DNA of 64,000 bases. Origin: Azolla caroliniana. Taxonomy: Eukaryota; Plantae; Polypodiophyta. The stretch spans positions 2,852,001 to 2,916,000 of the forward strand of contig JBHGNT010000008.1 in the NCBI GenBank assembly GCA_043228905.1, written 5' to 3'. Shown here piece by piece: positions 25,169-39,892 of the stretch. Within the stretch, counting starts at the first letter, position 1. Every line of letters begins with the position of its first letter. The notes under the pieces were generated by a model, which was not told the origin of the DNA, did not search any database, and saw only the letters and a program-made list of their open reading frames with translations. The position numbers and the translations under genes were made by a program.

Positions 25169-28100
25169 ATGGAGATCAATGGTCCTTCAGAGACGATATT
25201 TACCAAAGTAGAGGAAATCTCTGCATCTGAAGCTGAGGATGAAAAGCATATTCGTGATGTATCTGATGCAGTAGATGTGGATTTCACGAAAGCTACAAGT
25301 ACTATTGAATCTGTCTATGATAGCCTAACAATATCTGTGCCCAAGGATGAGGGTGAAAATCACATACTTCATGTATGTGATGTAGTAGATGCTGATGTCA
25401 ATTTGAATAAAGATCCAAATGCTATTGAAGCTATTTGTGATGTCCGAAAAAAATCTACCTCCATAGCTGAGGATGAAAAAGACATACGTGATATATGTAA
25501 TGTGGATTTCAATATAGATCGTGGTAGGCTAACAGAATCTACATCTAAAGCTGAAGGCGCCATCGTACACGTGCATTCGTTAAAGATCCAAATACTATCG
25601 ATTCTGTCTATAATACCCTAAAAGTCTCTGCTTCTAAAGCCGAGGGTGAACAACATTTAGGCTTTGATATAGTTGATGTGGGTTTGAATAAAAATCAAAA
25701 TATCTTCGAATCTGTGAATTTGAGTAGAGATCCAGATACTACTGAGTCTGCCTATGATGCCCTGAAAGCAAACAATTCTAGAATGCAGCAGGAGGCAGCA
25801 AGCAGCAAGGAGGATTCTATAGATGATTTAAAAAAGGAAATGCACCATGACTGTGCAGAATTACTGGAAAACCCTATGATGGTTGCTGCCAATGAATGGG
25901 TTTTCCTGACCAGCAATGAGAAAGATAAACAGAAGCCGTCAATCCAGGAGGTATTGCTTTTCCACGAAAACAATGAAGATGATACAGGAGTGATGCATGA
26001 TGATATGCCACTATGTGCATTTGTTTCAAGAAGTCGCAGCAAGAGGAAGGTGAAGAACCTTGATTTCAAAGAAGCCGAAAGCAGGAAAAAAGGTAAGAAA
26101 GATGTTGATGAAGTGGTATCCCTGAAAAGTGTTTCTCAAGCTCTTGATCTGCCAAGGAAGGAAAGTGAAAGGGAGAACCAGCATATTGATGAGCATATGA
26201 AACGAGAGTTGGGACTCTTAGATGAAATGAATGAACAGGATGAGGCACCTAAAGGATTTTCACAGAAGACAATCATGCAAACTAGGGGTAGCAAGAGGAA
26301 TAATCCAAGCTCCTTGATTTTTCTAGAGGCAGAATACAGGAATACTTCAGATACGGGAGGGTTGAAAGGGGTAAGGGGCAAAAAGAAACCAGTTGCTGGA
26401 ATTATGCAAGGAAATCTGCAAACTGAGGATCCTCTTTCACATCAGATGAGCAGTTTGCACGAGATTGAAACTGGTGATGGAAAGCTTCATGCAGAGGACT
26501 TGCTGAAAACGGATGGCAATGAGAAGGCAGTTTCATCAGATGCTCATGAGTCAAAGGAAATTCACTCAGAAAAGCAAATACAGCAGATTGGTAGTATTAA
26601 AAATTTAGAACAAGTAGACTCATTAAGACAGAGAAAGAAGAAACACAAAGCAAAATCAGGTCTTGTGGAGGAGGCTGATGGGAAGAGGTCAAGGATATAT
26701 GGCTCACTAGAGCATGGAGATAATACACAAGAGAAACATTTCAAGGATAAAGGAAGCATTGGAATGTTGGGAAAGATGATCCATGACTTTAAGACAGATC
26801 TAGGATGTGAAGAAGAGGACAGTGAAAGGAGGCAAAATATGCAGAAGGGAGATGATGAGAGGGATGTTGAGGAACTATGCTCTGGAGTTTCGCAAATGGA
26901 TGGTAGAATAGTGAAGCAAAATGCATATCTTTCAAAAGAGAAGGATGAAAAAATGAAATCAAGAAATGTTGAGAAAAGGAGGCTAAATACAGGAGCGCAA
27001 CAAGAAAACAATGAGAAAATGACGTCAGATACGGATGAGGACAATAATGAAATAAATACAAATGCAGAACATATTGTTTGTGAGACAAATGCGGATACAT
27101 ATCAAGGGGATGTTTCCACAACGACATCAGATCCGAACTTTAAGATCCTCCAAAAACCTCGCTCTACACGGAATAATAATTGCAGCAAGAAATCAACATG
27201 GGGTGCAATTGATGTCTTACAAAAAGTTTCTGAGGACTTGGAAATGGAAATGGAAAAAGAATCCTCAGAATCTAAACAGAGGAAAAAGTCAGGAAGTGCT
27301 GAGCGTGCTTTTAGACATCCCAGAAAGAAGCAGCGGAGTGAGATAACGTTAGAGGGAGATATGGAGTGGGAAGCTGTGATGGGAGAAAGTGACGTAACGA
27401 TCGCAAAGTGCAGGAAATCTACACGTACCAAAAGTGGTTCTGAATTAACCATATTTGCAGAAGGTTTGAATGGAGATATTGCTGCTGTAACTGTTGGTTT
27501 GCAACTTAACACCCTTACCCCTGCTGAAAGAATCAGGTTCAAGGATTCCTTGAAACGAAGAGGTGGGCTTCAAGAGTATTTGGATTGCAGGTATGATAGT
27601 CTTAGTATATTTAACTGCAATTGTTTTTGTTGCAAAAAAACAAGTTGTAGACTCCTGAATGCAATTTGTGGTGATACTGTTGAGCAATCTGGAGACATTT
27701 AAATTCAGTTTTTTTGTTCTAGTTGGAACTTGGATGGCACAATCAGCTATGTCATGCCTGATTTCTTGTCTTGGAAATCATTGTTAGGTAACAATAATAC
27801 CTCTCAGTGGTGCCTAAGGAAGATAATGCAATTATTTTCAACTCCTTGGTTCTAAAAACTGAAAATATAAAACCAGAAGAAATGCCAGTTAGCAGGGATA
27901 TGATAAACTATGAAGGTCTTGACTGAAGATCATATGTTTTCTAACCTCATCTTGAAAATCATTGCTCTGCAATTATATTACCCCTCAGTGTTGCCCAAAG
28001 AAGATAATCTTATTATTTCCCACCCCAGGATTCTGAAACCTGAAATTATAACGCCAGGAAAAATGCTGGTTTGCAGGGCTATGATAAACTATAAATGTCT

Positions 28101-31100
28101 TGTCCGAAGATTGCATATTCTCTTAATTCTTCGTGAAAATCAATAATTGGTAACAGTATACACTTTTAGCCTTGGGAAGGAAGATAATGCTATTTTATTC
28201 AAACTCTGGGCTCGGAAAAGTGAAATTATAAAGCCAGGAGACATGTCATTTTGCAGGGATTTGCTAAAAACTGTGAATGTGTTGTACAGACAAACATATT
28301 CTAACCTGTAATGGAATGTTTTTTATGTTTAACCCTTTGCCCTCATGCAAATAAAACCTTCTGTCTCAAATTTTAATTTGTATCTGCATATCCACAAATA
28401 TGAATATATGTCTGAATGCAGTATGTTAGACAGCTTTGAATAGCAGAAAGGAGCAGTTCATATGTTATCTGCAGAGCATATGAATGAGGAGTACACCATA
28501 TTGTTCTCATAGGCTACAATGGCCATTTACAGGCATAATCATTTGAAGAAATTTTGTCCCATGCCCTGCGGAAAGCACACGTTTTCATTTTATGCTCAAG
28601 TCTTCGTCAAATGGCTATATTTTGTTCATATTTACATAATTGTATAGATTGGGTATTCTTTTCTAGCATTATTTTATATCCTCAAGAGTATTATTCATGC
28701 ACTGAAATTTGCACTTGCTTTTGATGAGATAATGGCAATTGATAAGGTATCAGCTTCATCTGTATGCTGATGGGTATTGATGCAGGAACATGATCCTGGG
28801 ACTGTGGGAGAGAGATGTGAAACACATACTTTCTGTCACTGATTGTGGAATAAATTCTGAGCCTGCTAAGGAGGAGCATACTCGCATGTCCCTTATACGT
28901 GAAATTTATGATTTTCTGAATTATCATGTATGTCCATTTACTTTTACTTAAGAGATTGTGGATTGGAACTCAACTATAAGCTGAATTTCTTTCTTCACGA
29001 AATAGGGGTACATCAATCTTGGCATTGCAACGAGCAAGCTTGAAGCTCTGCCTGAGAATCCAATGGAGCCACCAGATGCATTAAACCAATGGAGTAAAGA
29101 AAAAACCAATGAACTCCAAAACGTGAGTGATGGCAATGGGATGCTTAAGAAGGCATCAGGGATTTCTGTTGACCTAGCCATTTTGAATGGATCCAATAGT
29201 GATATTGCTGCTGAATCCATGGAAGTAGATGGGAAATCCTTACTTCAAGGATCTGTAAATAATACTTCCAATCAATACGAGTGCAATAAAGATGAGCAAT
29301 TAGTTGCAGTAGAGCAGTTAGATAGCTCACCTGCACATTGCGGGGAAGAAGAATCCTTGCTGGATATAATAAAAAAAATAAAAGCCAATAAGAAGAGAAA
29401 AGGAGCCTTCTACAAATCTGAAGCTACTAACAGGCTTGAAAAGAATGAACTATCAGTATCATTGGATGATCGAGTACATTGTAAAGACTTAGTGAACAAA
29501 AAAACTTCAAATCCAGGTTTTGTAGTTTCTACTAGTCTTGAGAACAATGGAGTATTGCAAATTGATGGCCAATCACGGAGCGTGGAGATGTGTAACAATG
29601 CAGTGAAAGATAAAGACGTGGAGGTAGACACAACTACTTATATAGGATCTTATAATGATGGTAACCCTCTAATGGTTGATAGCTGTCTTCCAAATGTAGA
29701 TGTAAGGACACCTGATACTGAGTCAAAGATGGTTAGTAATCATGAATGTGAGGCTAAGGAAAAAGGGATGATCCATTTAAACGATATTAAAGTTGATAAG
29801 CTGGAATTTGGAAGCAATACTACAGCATCTACTATACATGAGATACCCACATCTTATAAAGGCAATGAAAATAAAAAGGTTATTATTATAGGTGCTGGTC
29901 CTGCAGGCTTGACTGCCGGGAGGCATCTTCAAAATGTAGGAGTTCAAGTAACCATCCTTGAAGCACGGCAGCGTGTTGGAGGCAGAGTTTGCACTGACCG
30001 AACCATATTTTCAGGCCCTGTGGATCTTGGTGCAAGTATAATCACAGGGGTTGAAGCAGATGTGGCAGCTGAGAGGAGACCTGATCCATCTGCGCTACTT
30101 TGTAGGCAGCTGAATCTTGAGTTAACAACACTTGGGGGAGATTGCCCATTATTCGATTTTGTGTCTGGTTCCAGGGTTTCTATTGAAACTGATGAACTGC
30201 TTGAAGCTGAATACAATAGTCTGCTTGATGATACAGTTGTGCTGGTTGCTCAAGATGGAGATGTTGCCATGCAAATGTCACTTGAAGAAGGGTTAGAGCT
30301 TGCTTTAAAAAAACGAAGGGAGCAGGGAAAGAAAGCATCCCATTTACCGACACGGGTAGATTCTTTGCTCAACAACGTTGGTTATGATTGTGAGGATGAG
30401 CAAGCCAACGATCTGTCTCAATCGTTCAGACTTTTAGATAAAGTTACTGACAGCACTTCTCTGGAGAGAAGAGTTATGGACTGGCATTTTGCAAATCTGG
30501 AGTACGGCTGCGCAGCAGAGCTCAACCGAGTGTCACTTCCATACTGGAATCAGGATGATGTTTATGGTGGCTTTGCAGGACCTCACTGTATGATAAAGGG
30601 AGGCTATAGCACCATCATGGAAGCTCTAGGAAATGGCTTAACTATACAATTGGGACAAGTTGTCACTAAAATTGAATATCTCTGTGAAGATGAGCAGGGG
30701 CAAGTAAAGGTATACACTAGCAATGGGGATGTTTTTATAGGAGATGCAGTTCTTGTGACTGTGCCGTTGGGCTGTCTGAAAGCAGGTTCAATTGAGTTTG
30801 TGCCTTCCCTGCCAGATTGGAAAACGGCTTCCATACAGCGTCTTGGATTTGGAGTGCTGAACAAAGTGATAATGGAGTTTCCTGTGGCTTTCTGGGATGA
30901 GAATGTTGATTTCTTTGGTGCAACAGCTGAAAATGCTGAGATGAGAGGACGCTGCTTTATGTTTTGGAATTTGAAGAGAACAGTTGGTGCTCCAGTCTTG
31001 AGTGCTCTGGTTGTAGGAAAAGCAGCAATAGAAGAAGAACTGAAGGATGATGCTGAGTCTGTTGGACATGCTCTTACTGTTTTAAGAAAGATTTTTGGTG

Positions 31101-33628
31101 AAGAGACAGTGCCTCAGCCAACAGCTTTTGCAGTCACAAAGTGGGGAAGTGATCCATTCAGTAGGGGTGCGTATTCTTTTGTGGCTGTTGGGGCATCAGG
31201 TGAAGACTACGACATAATTGGACGTTCTGTGGATAACTGTGTTTTCTTTGCTGGAGAAGCAACATGTAAAGAACATCCTGATACAGTTGGTGGTGCAATC
31301 ATGTCTGGTCTCAGAGAAGCAGTGAGGATCACCAATGTCTTGTACAGCCGGGGTGATTTAGTTGGAGAAGCTGAAGCGATTTTTGACTCCCAAAAACAAT
31401 CTGACATAGAAAGGAATGAGGTCAGGGACATGACAAAGAGACTTGCAGCTGCAGAGCTTTCCATTGCCATAAGGAAGGATGGCGGAAAACTTGAAGAAGA
31501 TAAAGAGCCATTTAACATGGCTGTTCTTTTGCAGGATATGTTTGGGAGTGCTAAAACCATATCAGGACGCTTGTTACTTGCCAAGGAAATGCTTCAATTG
31601 CGTGCCTCATCATTGAAATCCTTTCTAGGAACAAAAGATGGCCTTAGAACTCTCAACATTTGGATACAAGTATGTTATTTCTTGTATTTAAATGCCAATG
31701 GTGTAAATTCTTCAACTATGTTAACATTTATGGCTATTTCAGGATTCCATGGGTAAGGATGGAACTCAACTTCTTCGACATTGTGTACGTTTGCTGTTGG
31801 TGGTTGGAAAAGATCTGTCATCAGTTCGCCAGTCAGGTAAAAAAACAACTGAGCTCTGCTGTTTCCATTGCTATGGGATATTGGAGAGGAAAATTATAAT
31901 CCTTGTTTTAATCTAGGCATTGGCCGAACAGTAAAAGAAAAGGTGATAGTCCATACCAGCCGTGACATTCGTGCCGTTGCCAGCCAGCTTGTTAAACTGT
32001 GGGTGGAGACTTTCCGCAAAGAGAAGGCTGCTGGTGTTTTAACTAAACCCTTACATCAATCTTCAGGATTTAAAGCTGCTCGTAAGATGGCAAAGATGAA
32101 GGCAGGACTGAAGCTAGAAACAGAGGCAAGGGATAGAACACTTACTCCTGCAGGTTCTAGTGGAGCTCTGGGGCATCCAATTTCAGAAAAGGAGAATTTT
32201 CAGCTTGGTTCCAACGCACCAGACTCTGCAGATACAGAAAAGAAAGATTCTATGACTGTTTGCTCAGACATAAGTCAAAAGGAACATGTTCCGATTTCAG
32301 ATTCTGAAGCGGCTGCACTTGCTGCTGCTGAAGCAGCCCAAGCTGCAGCAGATGCTGCTGTGAAGGTAAGAATAATTAGTCTTTTTATCTATTCACTGCA
32401 TTTGCTGATGTAGCACACAACTTGGAGAATTGTCGGTGTAAGATTGTTTTTAATTGACTTTTGCTGCATCATTACTTGTTTCATTATAGAATTTCACACT
32501 AACATGTTTTGTGTGTCTGCAGGCATATGAGACAGCAGAAGCTGCAAGTATGCAATTTGAACTTCCCAAGATTCTCTCGTTTCACAAATTTGCGAGGAGA
32601 GACAATATTCAGTCAACAGATTCAAACAAGAGGAGATCTTTGGAGCGAGACATTCTATTGTTGCATGGGAAAGATCAAATCACAACAGGAGTGGATGCAA
32701 GGAACTGTAAAGTTAGAGATTGGTCAATAGATTTTAGTGATAGTTGTAGCTACCTAGGTAGTCCTGGTGTATTGGCAGTTCCTGATGTTCGAACTAATAG
32801 CAGAGGTGTGATAGTTCCAGAGATATCTACCCCTTCCACAGAGGCTGTGAAAGAAGTCCATGGTGGTTTTTCTCGCCCCGAAGAAAGGCACTCTGTTGGG
32901 AAGGGTTCAGTTATGCATAATTTGCAAGAAGCACATGATGATACAAGCAAAAGGTCTTCCTTGAGAGGCAATCATGAAAGCAAAGGAAATTCAGCATCAG
33001 GCTTAACTACTTTCAACAATAACAATTTTCCTTCTAATAGGGAAGACACTTGCTTAGATAGCTGTGCCAAATCTTCAGCAGAACCAAACGTTACAGCTGT
33101 TGAGCTATCCGCAGATACAGCAAAGCCAGAAGATTTCATAGATTCTAAACGAAGCTCAGAGCATAAGAAAGCGGTTACTGAATACGTGTCAACTCTTTTG
33201 CTACCTCTATACAAGACCAGGAAAATTAGTAAGGATGGTTTCAAGGCTATTGTGAAGAAATCAGCTGTTAAGGTATGTTGTAGGTAGCTGATATCAGTAA
33301 TTGATCTCATTATGTCTTACAAAAAACTATTTTAAAACAAGTTATTTGGCTATCTCAGTATATGTTGTAGATAGCTGATATCAACTTATTTCGCCATACT
33401 ATAAACAATTTGTTTAGGTTATTGAACGGCAAACTGAGCAGGAGATTGCAATGGAAGTTTCTGAGTTTTTGGATATTAAACGAAAGCGCAAGGTGAGTTA
33501 ACCTAACTTTTTGAGAATGTATTCATAAATTTTGATAGGTGACTAAATTGATTCTTGATCTGGATTGGCAGATCCGTACACTGGTGGATAAGTTTGTGGA
33601 GCGCTATCTTGAGACTGGGGGAACGTAG
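25169..33628 (+). CDS. LDL3: Lysine-specific histone demethylase 1 homolog 3 (SWIRM, FAD amine oxidase, TFIIS-N-like and C-terminal SRI-like domains)
   Basis: Exons ~25169-27590 (apparent frameshift ~25577, or start at a downstream ATG), 28786-28927, 29006-31669, 31743-31836, 31917-32365, 32523-33272, 33418-33492, 33572-33628. Motifs LKRRGGLQEYLDCR-NMILGLW, GYINLGIA, IIGAGPAGL, VDLGASIITGVEAD, DWHFANLEYGCA, FFAGEATCKEHPDTVGGA, HTSRDIRAVASQLV, ELPKILSFHKF, LYKTRKISK. Confidence 0.93.
27775..28290. repeat. Three diverged ~180-bp tandem copies in an LDL3 intron
   Basis: Block GAAGATAAT..TGAAATTATAA.GCCAGGA.A.ATG....TTGCAGGG.T.TG.TAAA recurs at ~27820, ~28000 and ~28180. Confidence 0.7.
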
Positions 33629-34980
33629 TGTATATATCAAAAGACGGAAGGTCTGAAAGTTAAGCTGTGACTTGATGATGAAACCTGCGATCAGCTGCAA
33701 TGACGGGAGGTGAAATTTCAGGGGTTAACCTCAGATTAACCTGTGGATCTCTGGCAACAAGTTTTTGGATTCAGATGGACACTTCATCAACAAGGTTTTG
33801 TTAAGCTGCAAATTCAGTTTGATGTATCCCGCTTCCATTTGATTTATATGCAAAGAGAGGGTCATTGCAGTCAGTGCATCAGGTAGTCCAGCAGCTCATC
33901 GTTTCTCAGAAGGAGCTGGTATAGCCTTGGCCCTTGAGTTTTGGGGAACCTTGTCATACCAAATTTGATTATTTGAGCCTTTTATTTTGTACAGCATTTC
34001 CTCAGGAGAGAGAGCATGTAATAAAGTTTGTGCATCTGTCAAATTTTACTTGCACCATGCTATTACATGCTCTAATCTCATGATGGGTCATTCCTACTAA
34101 TACATGAAATTCAATTCTCAATTTGACCCCACTGTTCATGAGGCACCAACAAATTGTTACTTTATTCTATTTGGACCCCAACTAATTTACGTCGAATTTG
34201 AAAAGCTGGCACTCCACATGTAACCAAGATGCTCACAGATCATAAGCTAGCATAATTGTTAATGCAATCAAGAGCTGATCATACAATCCAAGTGCCGTCA
34301 AAGCCCTTTTTGGTGTCCAGCCTACTGGAGTAGAAAAATGGAACTCTGGTGTCGTATATGGTGGTGCGTCCATCCAATCATCCGATTACTAACAGATGTG
34401 CTCCTTGCTATCCTACTGTTGGGTAATAGATATCTAACAGCTTTTTATGATGCCAGCAGCAGCTCAATTGGAGTTGTTTTTCGGGGGGTCATTCATTACC
34501 ATTAGTTTCTTTACAGGTGAGCAAGTATATGTGCACCATAATTTCGTAGTGTGCATTTTAATAGACATGCTTAAGTATATGTTGTTGCTCAACCAGTATA
34601 GATATTTTTTCCCTTGTATCTGAGCACTTGTGCCAAACTTAAACTTGAAAGGGAGAATGAAAGGTGGTGGTTGTTTAAATCCTAGTTAGCTTGAGACAAA
34701 ATAAACCAGTCATTTCCATCCATTTCTTGCTTCTGCCAAATTAGTCATGTATTTTTTCTTATTGATTTTTTACCTTTTGTCCATTTTCATAGTTACAAAA
34801 ACAATTTTGATGGTTTTAGTGTGGTTCTCTAAAATCAGATAGGAAATGAAAGTATAGAAAACATCAAGATCTTGCAATATCTAATTTGTGACATCCTAAA
34901 ATAACAAACTGTTACAAGTTTAACATTTTTGCCTATTATATTTTCCTATTCCATTGTATAACAAAAGCTAATGAATCATT

Positions 34981-35305
34981 GTTTATCACATCTAGAAGAC
35001 TCGGTGTGCTCTCGTTTCTAATCAACTTAAAACACCACCGGTTGAAGTGGTTTTAAATATTTAGTTAGACATAGTTCATACTTTGAAGGGTCAATGGGAT
35101 GGTATAGTTGGAGATTGTGAGGCTAAAATTGCTCAACGGCATGAGTTTCTTATTATGTGGACAGCTACTCCATTCATGACATGCACTCCTTATTGGCATT
35201 TTTAGCCTCCGAAATGGTTGTTTCCCCCATCGATCACATAGAGGTTTAAAATCTTGTAAAATGTTTTATACTAACGACATGATATCTTCTTTAAAAAAAA
35301 GAAAG
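34981..35305 (+). mobile_element. 5'-truncated L1-type non-LTR retrotransposon insertion
   Basis: Perfect 18-bp TSD AAAAGCTAATGAATCATT (34963-34980, 35306-35323), A-rich tail, and residual W-rich ORF2-end-like coding (..TRC..PP..W..PPKWLFPP). Confidence 0.75.
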
Positions 35306-36289
35306 AAAAGCTAATGAATCATTTGAGGAAACATTGTAATATGACTATGTTTTACAAAGATTAATGGTTATTTTCTACGTGGATCTGATGGGTTTCATGT
35401 GTTTTATACATATATATTATATGCATATATAAATCTTAGTTATGTTGTTTCTAATCAATTTGGAAACAAGAAAACATACTATGGATCGTTTTTTTAATCA
35501 TGTGTATTTTTGTTCAAACTTATTCTCATACTGAGTTTAACACAGGTTGGCAATAGTTTAACACCTGAGCAGTGGCCACAAATTATTCGTTGATGTATGT
35601 TTTAAATAATGAATGCCCAAGAGTTGATATTGTTGTTCAACATTTTTTATAATTATCAAGAGATTTCTAGACTTTCTACATACGAAACATCTAGACTATG
35701 CCCAAATAGTGATACATACATATATGTGTAAAAATGATATTACTATGAACATGGGTATGATTGATGATAAGCTATATTGTTAGGCGAGTGTTCGATGTTA
35801 TGAATGTTTTATACATGGACATAACCTATAAACTTGAAGTTACAACACATGCTATACCATACCATTACATAATCATGTCCAAGTTTTGTGTATTAGAAGT
35901 AATGAAGAATGATATTACAATTACCATTCACAATCTTGTAATGCAACTCTTAGAATGGTTAGAACTCCACTACCTTAGATGGCCATATTCGTAGACTTTC
36001 TCTACTTCAATATGTGTTTCAATCATGTTATAGATACATGTTGACATCCAAGTTTCTTTATTTTAGCATGCTTGCCAAAGTCAATATGGTTATATCCCGT
36101 AGCCCAATCTATGCATTGATAAAAAGAGTTTAGCACATAAGAACCTCTTGAAATAGTTGTTGAGAAAAGAAATAAAAAAGGGAAAGGATATACTTTACAC
36201 AAATATGTATATCTACCATATATTCATTCATAATTGTCAATATAGGCTCAAAAAAATCAGAGTGCGGAAAAAAAATCGAAAACTGGAAA

Positions 36290-36965
36290 ATATTGCAACC
36301 CCAAAAAATATCAAAAGAATGCTATGATATATTAATCTTCTTCCAAAATCGGCAAAATGTCGTCAACTTGCTTCGACTCATCCGGATTGAGGTCGACCGA
36401 GAGATTGACCCTTTGCTCTTGCTCATCTTTCTTCGGAATGGTCTCATGTGTTGGTTCATCCATTGTTGCCTCATGTTTGTCTGGCTGGTGATTCACCTCC
36501 TCTTGCTCGGCTCTTTCTCCTGCTCTGCTCCATCCATCAACACTTGGCCCACCAGGCATGCCAATTTGTGTTACTCCCTCTTGGAGAACAACTTTGAATA
36601 CTCCTCTTGAGTATTCGGGTCAAGGAATCGTGGTGCGTAAGAGACTAGTGGCCTGAGTGGTGGTTGAATCGTTTACGATAATTGAGATGGACACTCTGAG
36701 AATACGCTACAACCGATTGGTAGTTAACGTCTTGCGAACTGAACGTATGTAGGAAAAGATAGATCAAATTGAGACAGACACAGAGATGACCCACAAGTAT
36801 ATATGTATTCGATTACTGTAGCATACAATACAAATACAAGTACCGAGTAAAATTGGTAACACTCACTCACTCGGTTCTAATCTAGATCTACGCTTAGTCT
36901 GCTCTAGGACTTCACGATTATATAGCTTTTCCTTCGCTCGGCGCTTTCGCCAACTACTCCTCCTT
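36290..36965 (-). mobile_element. Possible LTR-retrotransposon remnant
   Basis: GC-richer acidic coding-like piece (36332-36559) next to an LTR-like segment with a TATA (TTATATAG); no diagnostic domain. Confidence 0.25.
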
Positions 36966-39206
36966 GATATTTGGCTTCTACCTTCGGTTGTTTCTTGCTT
37001 GGCTTCTTTTGGCCCCTTTCACATTTGTCCCCATGGTCTTTTCATATTTGTCCTTTGCGATCCTTTCACACTTTGGCCCTTTTATCCCGCTGGGTAACAT
37101 TGACAACAATTTACAATGCTCAAGCATGTCCATACTTAACAACTTGTTTAACAATATGTTGTTACGTAATAAAAGACAACAAGAAAGAAGCTTGGACGGT
37201 TACCACAAAATGATGAACAAAAATTCATGTAACGTGATGCATCCTAGTGGCACAATGCTTTGATGAGACTGCAGTTGCAAAAGGTAACATAATTGTATTT
37301 TCAACCATTTCTTTTTTCTCCTATACATTACAAAATTTTCAAGTCACATTTTGTTCTACAGACTATGACTCATATATTATTCATGTCAAAGTTTGCATAT
37401 CCCCTTTCAAGATCTTGCTTGGCATCTTTTTCTGAAATACCCAAAATATCCTTTCTCATGAAAAGTTGTAAGGCTCATGTTTATTGGCTCACTGAAGGAC
37501 TACATTTACTATACATATTTCGAAACATGAACGGGCATGTATACATAACACCAATGATAAAAAAAGTTGTTGTAGACATAAATGTATGGGTACATTTAAA
37601 ATACATATGCACCTGACGCAAACTATACATCCATGGATATGTGAGGCATCATGTACACATATATGTAAATGTGTGTTTGTTTATGAGGAGAATGAACATT
37701 GAACTATAAATATTATATAAATAGCAACAATACAGTATTATCTACCATAGGATTTGGTTGGTAAAAAAAAGGGCTTACAAATGAATTTGGACCCGTTGTA
37801 AGAATCAACCAAATAAGCCTTTTTCTTAATGCTTTCGCATTGAACAGTCTAATATTGAAAAATAAAGACAACAAAAAGGAATGATGCTTCACTTATGAGC
37901 GACCCAACATTGGAAGTAATTACAACATAAAAGAAGAGCACTTGCACAACTTTTTAAGTGCCTATTTCATTATTCAACCCCACACATAAGGCGAAAAAGT
38001 CCTCTCGTCATATGTCATTAAGTAAAGGGTTTAGGTTACCGTAGACACGTTCACTTTTTAAAAAATACACCTGTATCGGGAGCATGGCAGGAAAACTTTA
38101 ACAAATGCCATAGTTCAACAAAGCAAACTCAGCCCATGTACGAGTGCACCATTGAATCAACAACCATGTTTCTTTTTTTAAAAAGAAAACATTTAGATTG
38201 AACTAGATCCTTTGGTCATTGAGACAAGTTGCCTCTAGTTAATGGGATGTGGATATGGATGTCCATGTGGTTAGGCTTGTCATGCCTCAATTATACGTAA
38301 ACAATCTTGTCCCTGACATTACTCTAAAACGTGACAAGTATCGTAAACCAATTACAAATTTTCTATTAGTAGAACTATGATGTTTATTATGCTCGACGAA
38401 TCATTTGCCAAGAAATTATGACATAAAGGTGATTGTATTATGTTGACACATAAAGGTGAATGTTCAAGTGGTAGTGCCACATGGAGAGAATGTGCACCAT
38501 TATTGTTTCTCTTAAAGTTATGCGTTTGTCGTTCTCAAATTCACTGTTGAATGTGAAGATATTAAAACATGGAGATCTAATATGCACACACACCACCTAC
38601 ATGAATCATGATATACATCTACTTAACACGTCTTTGACCTTTTCTAGGTTTGAAGTTGTATTATGTTGTCATTGCATATCCAACAAAAAAATAAGGACGT
38701 TTATTCTACATATAAGATATTTGTTTTGAAGTGCCCCTAACAGAGAATAGTGGGGTCACATGTTCTAGGAATGATGAATGGTTTTGTCTTGTGAAGAACA
38801 ACACCGTTCATTTAGAAACACGTTTTTTAGGTCCTTGCAAGGTAAACAATGTAAATAAAGTTTCAAGTGATAGTTATATTGCACCCAACCATTGAAATTG
38901 TTATGTTTTGATATGTAAGTATAAAACAACTGGTTATTTGGCACACCAATGGTGGAAAGTAGACGAGGGACACCGAAATTCCATTGTTTTCGAAGAAGAT
39001 GAAACAAACCATTGCTTGTGAAGAGCATGATGTAAACCCTAAAGATTATGTTGCACTATGTGCCTTACTGGTGTCTCACAAATTTCCTATCTTATATTTT
39101 CATGCATCAAGAGGGGTAGTAAAGGCTATGTTTCTCGAACACGCGGGAGTAGAAAACTGAGAAGGAAAAGGCTGGGGGGAGTTGGACATATACAAACAAC
39201 TATATA

Positions 39207-39803
39207 GCATGCATGCATGCATGCATGCATGTGTGTATGTAATGTATGTTGTATGGATGTATGTGTGCATGGGTGTATATGATAGGTATGCATGTATATA
39301 TGTATGTGTATATGTATGTATTATTGTAGATATGTGTGTATGCGTGAGTATGTATATATGTATGCATGTATTTCTTTGTATGTATGTATGTGTATATTTA
39401 TGTACATATGTAAGTGTGTGTGTGTGTGTATGTGCATATTTATGTATGTAAGTGTGTGTGTAATGTATATATGTATGTGTATGTGTATGTGTTATGTGTA
39501 TGTGAATGTGTATGTGTTATGTGTTATGTGTATGTGTATGTGTATGTGTATGTGAATGTGTATGTGTTATGTGTTATGTGTATGGGAATGTGTAATGTGT
39601 ATGTGTTATGTGTTATGTGTTATGTGTTATGTGTATGTGTATGTGTTATGTGTTATGTGTTATGTGTATGTGTATGTGTAATGTGTATGTGTTATGTGTT
39701 ATGTGTTATGTGTTATGTGTTATGTGTTATGTGTTATGTGTTATGTGTTATGTGTTATGTGTATGTGTTATGTGTTATGTGTATGTGTATGTGTTATGTG
39801 TTA

Positions 39804-39870
<67 letters not shown>

Positions 39871-39892
39871 GTATATGTGTATGTGTATGTAT
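39207..39892. repeat. Compound microsatellite (CATG)n/(TATG)n/(TATGTG)n/(TGTTA)n
   Basis: Directly visible. Confidence 0.95.
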
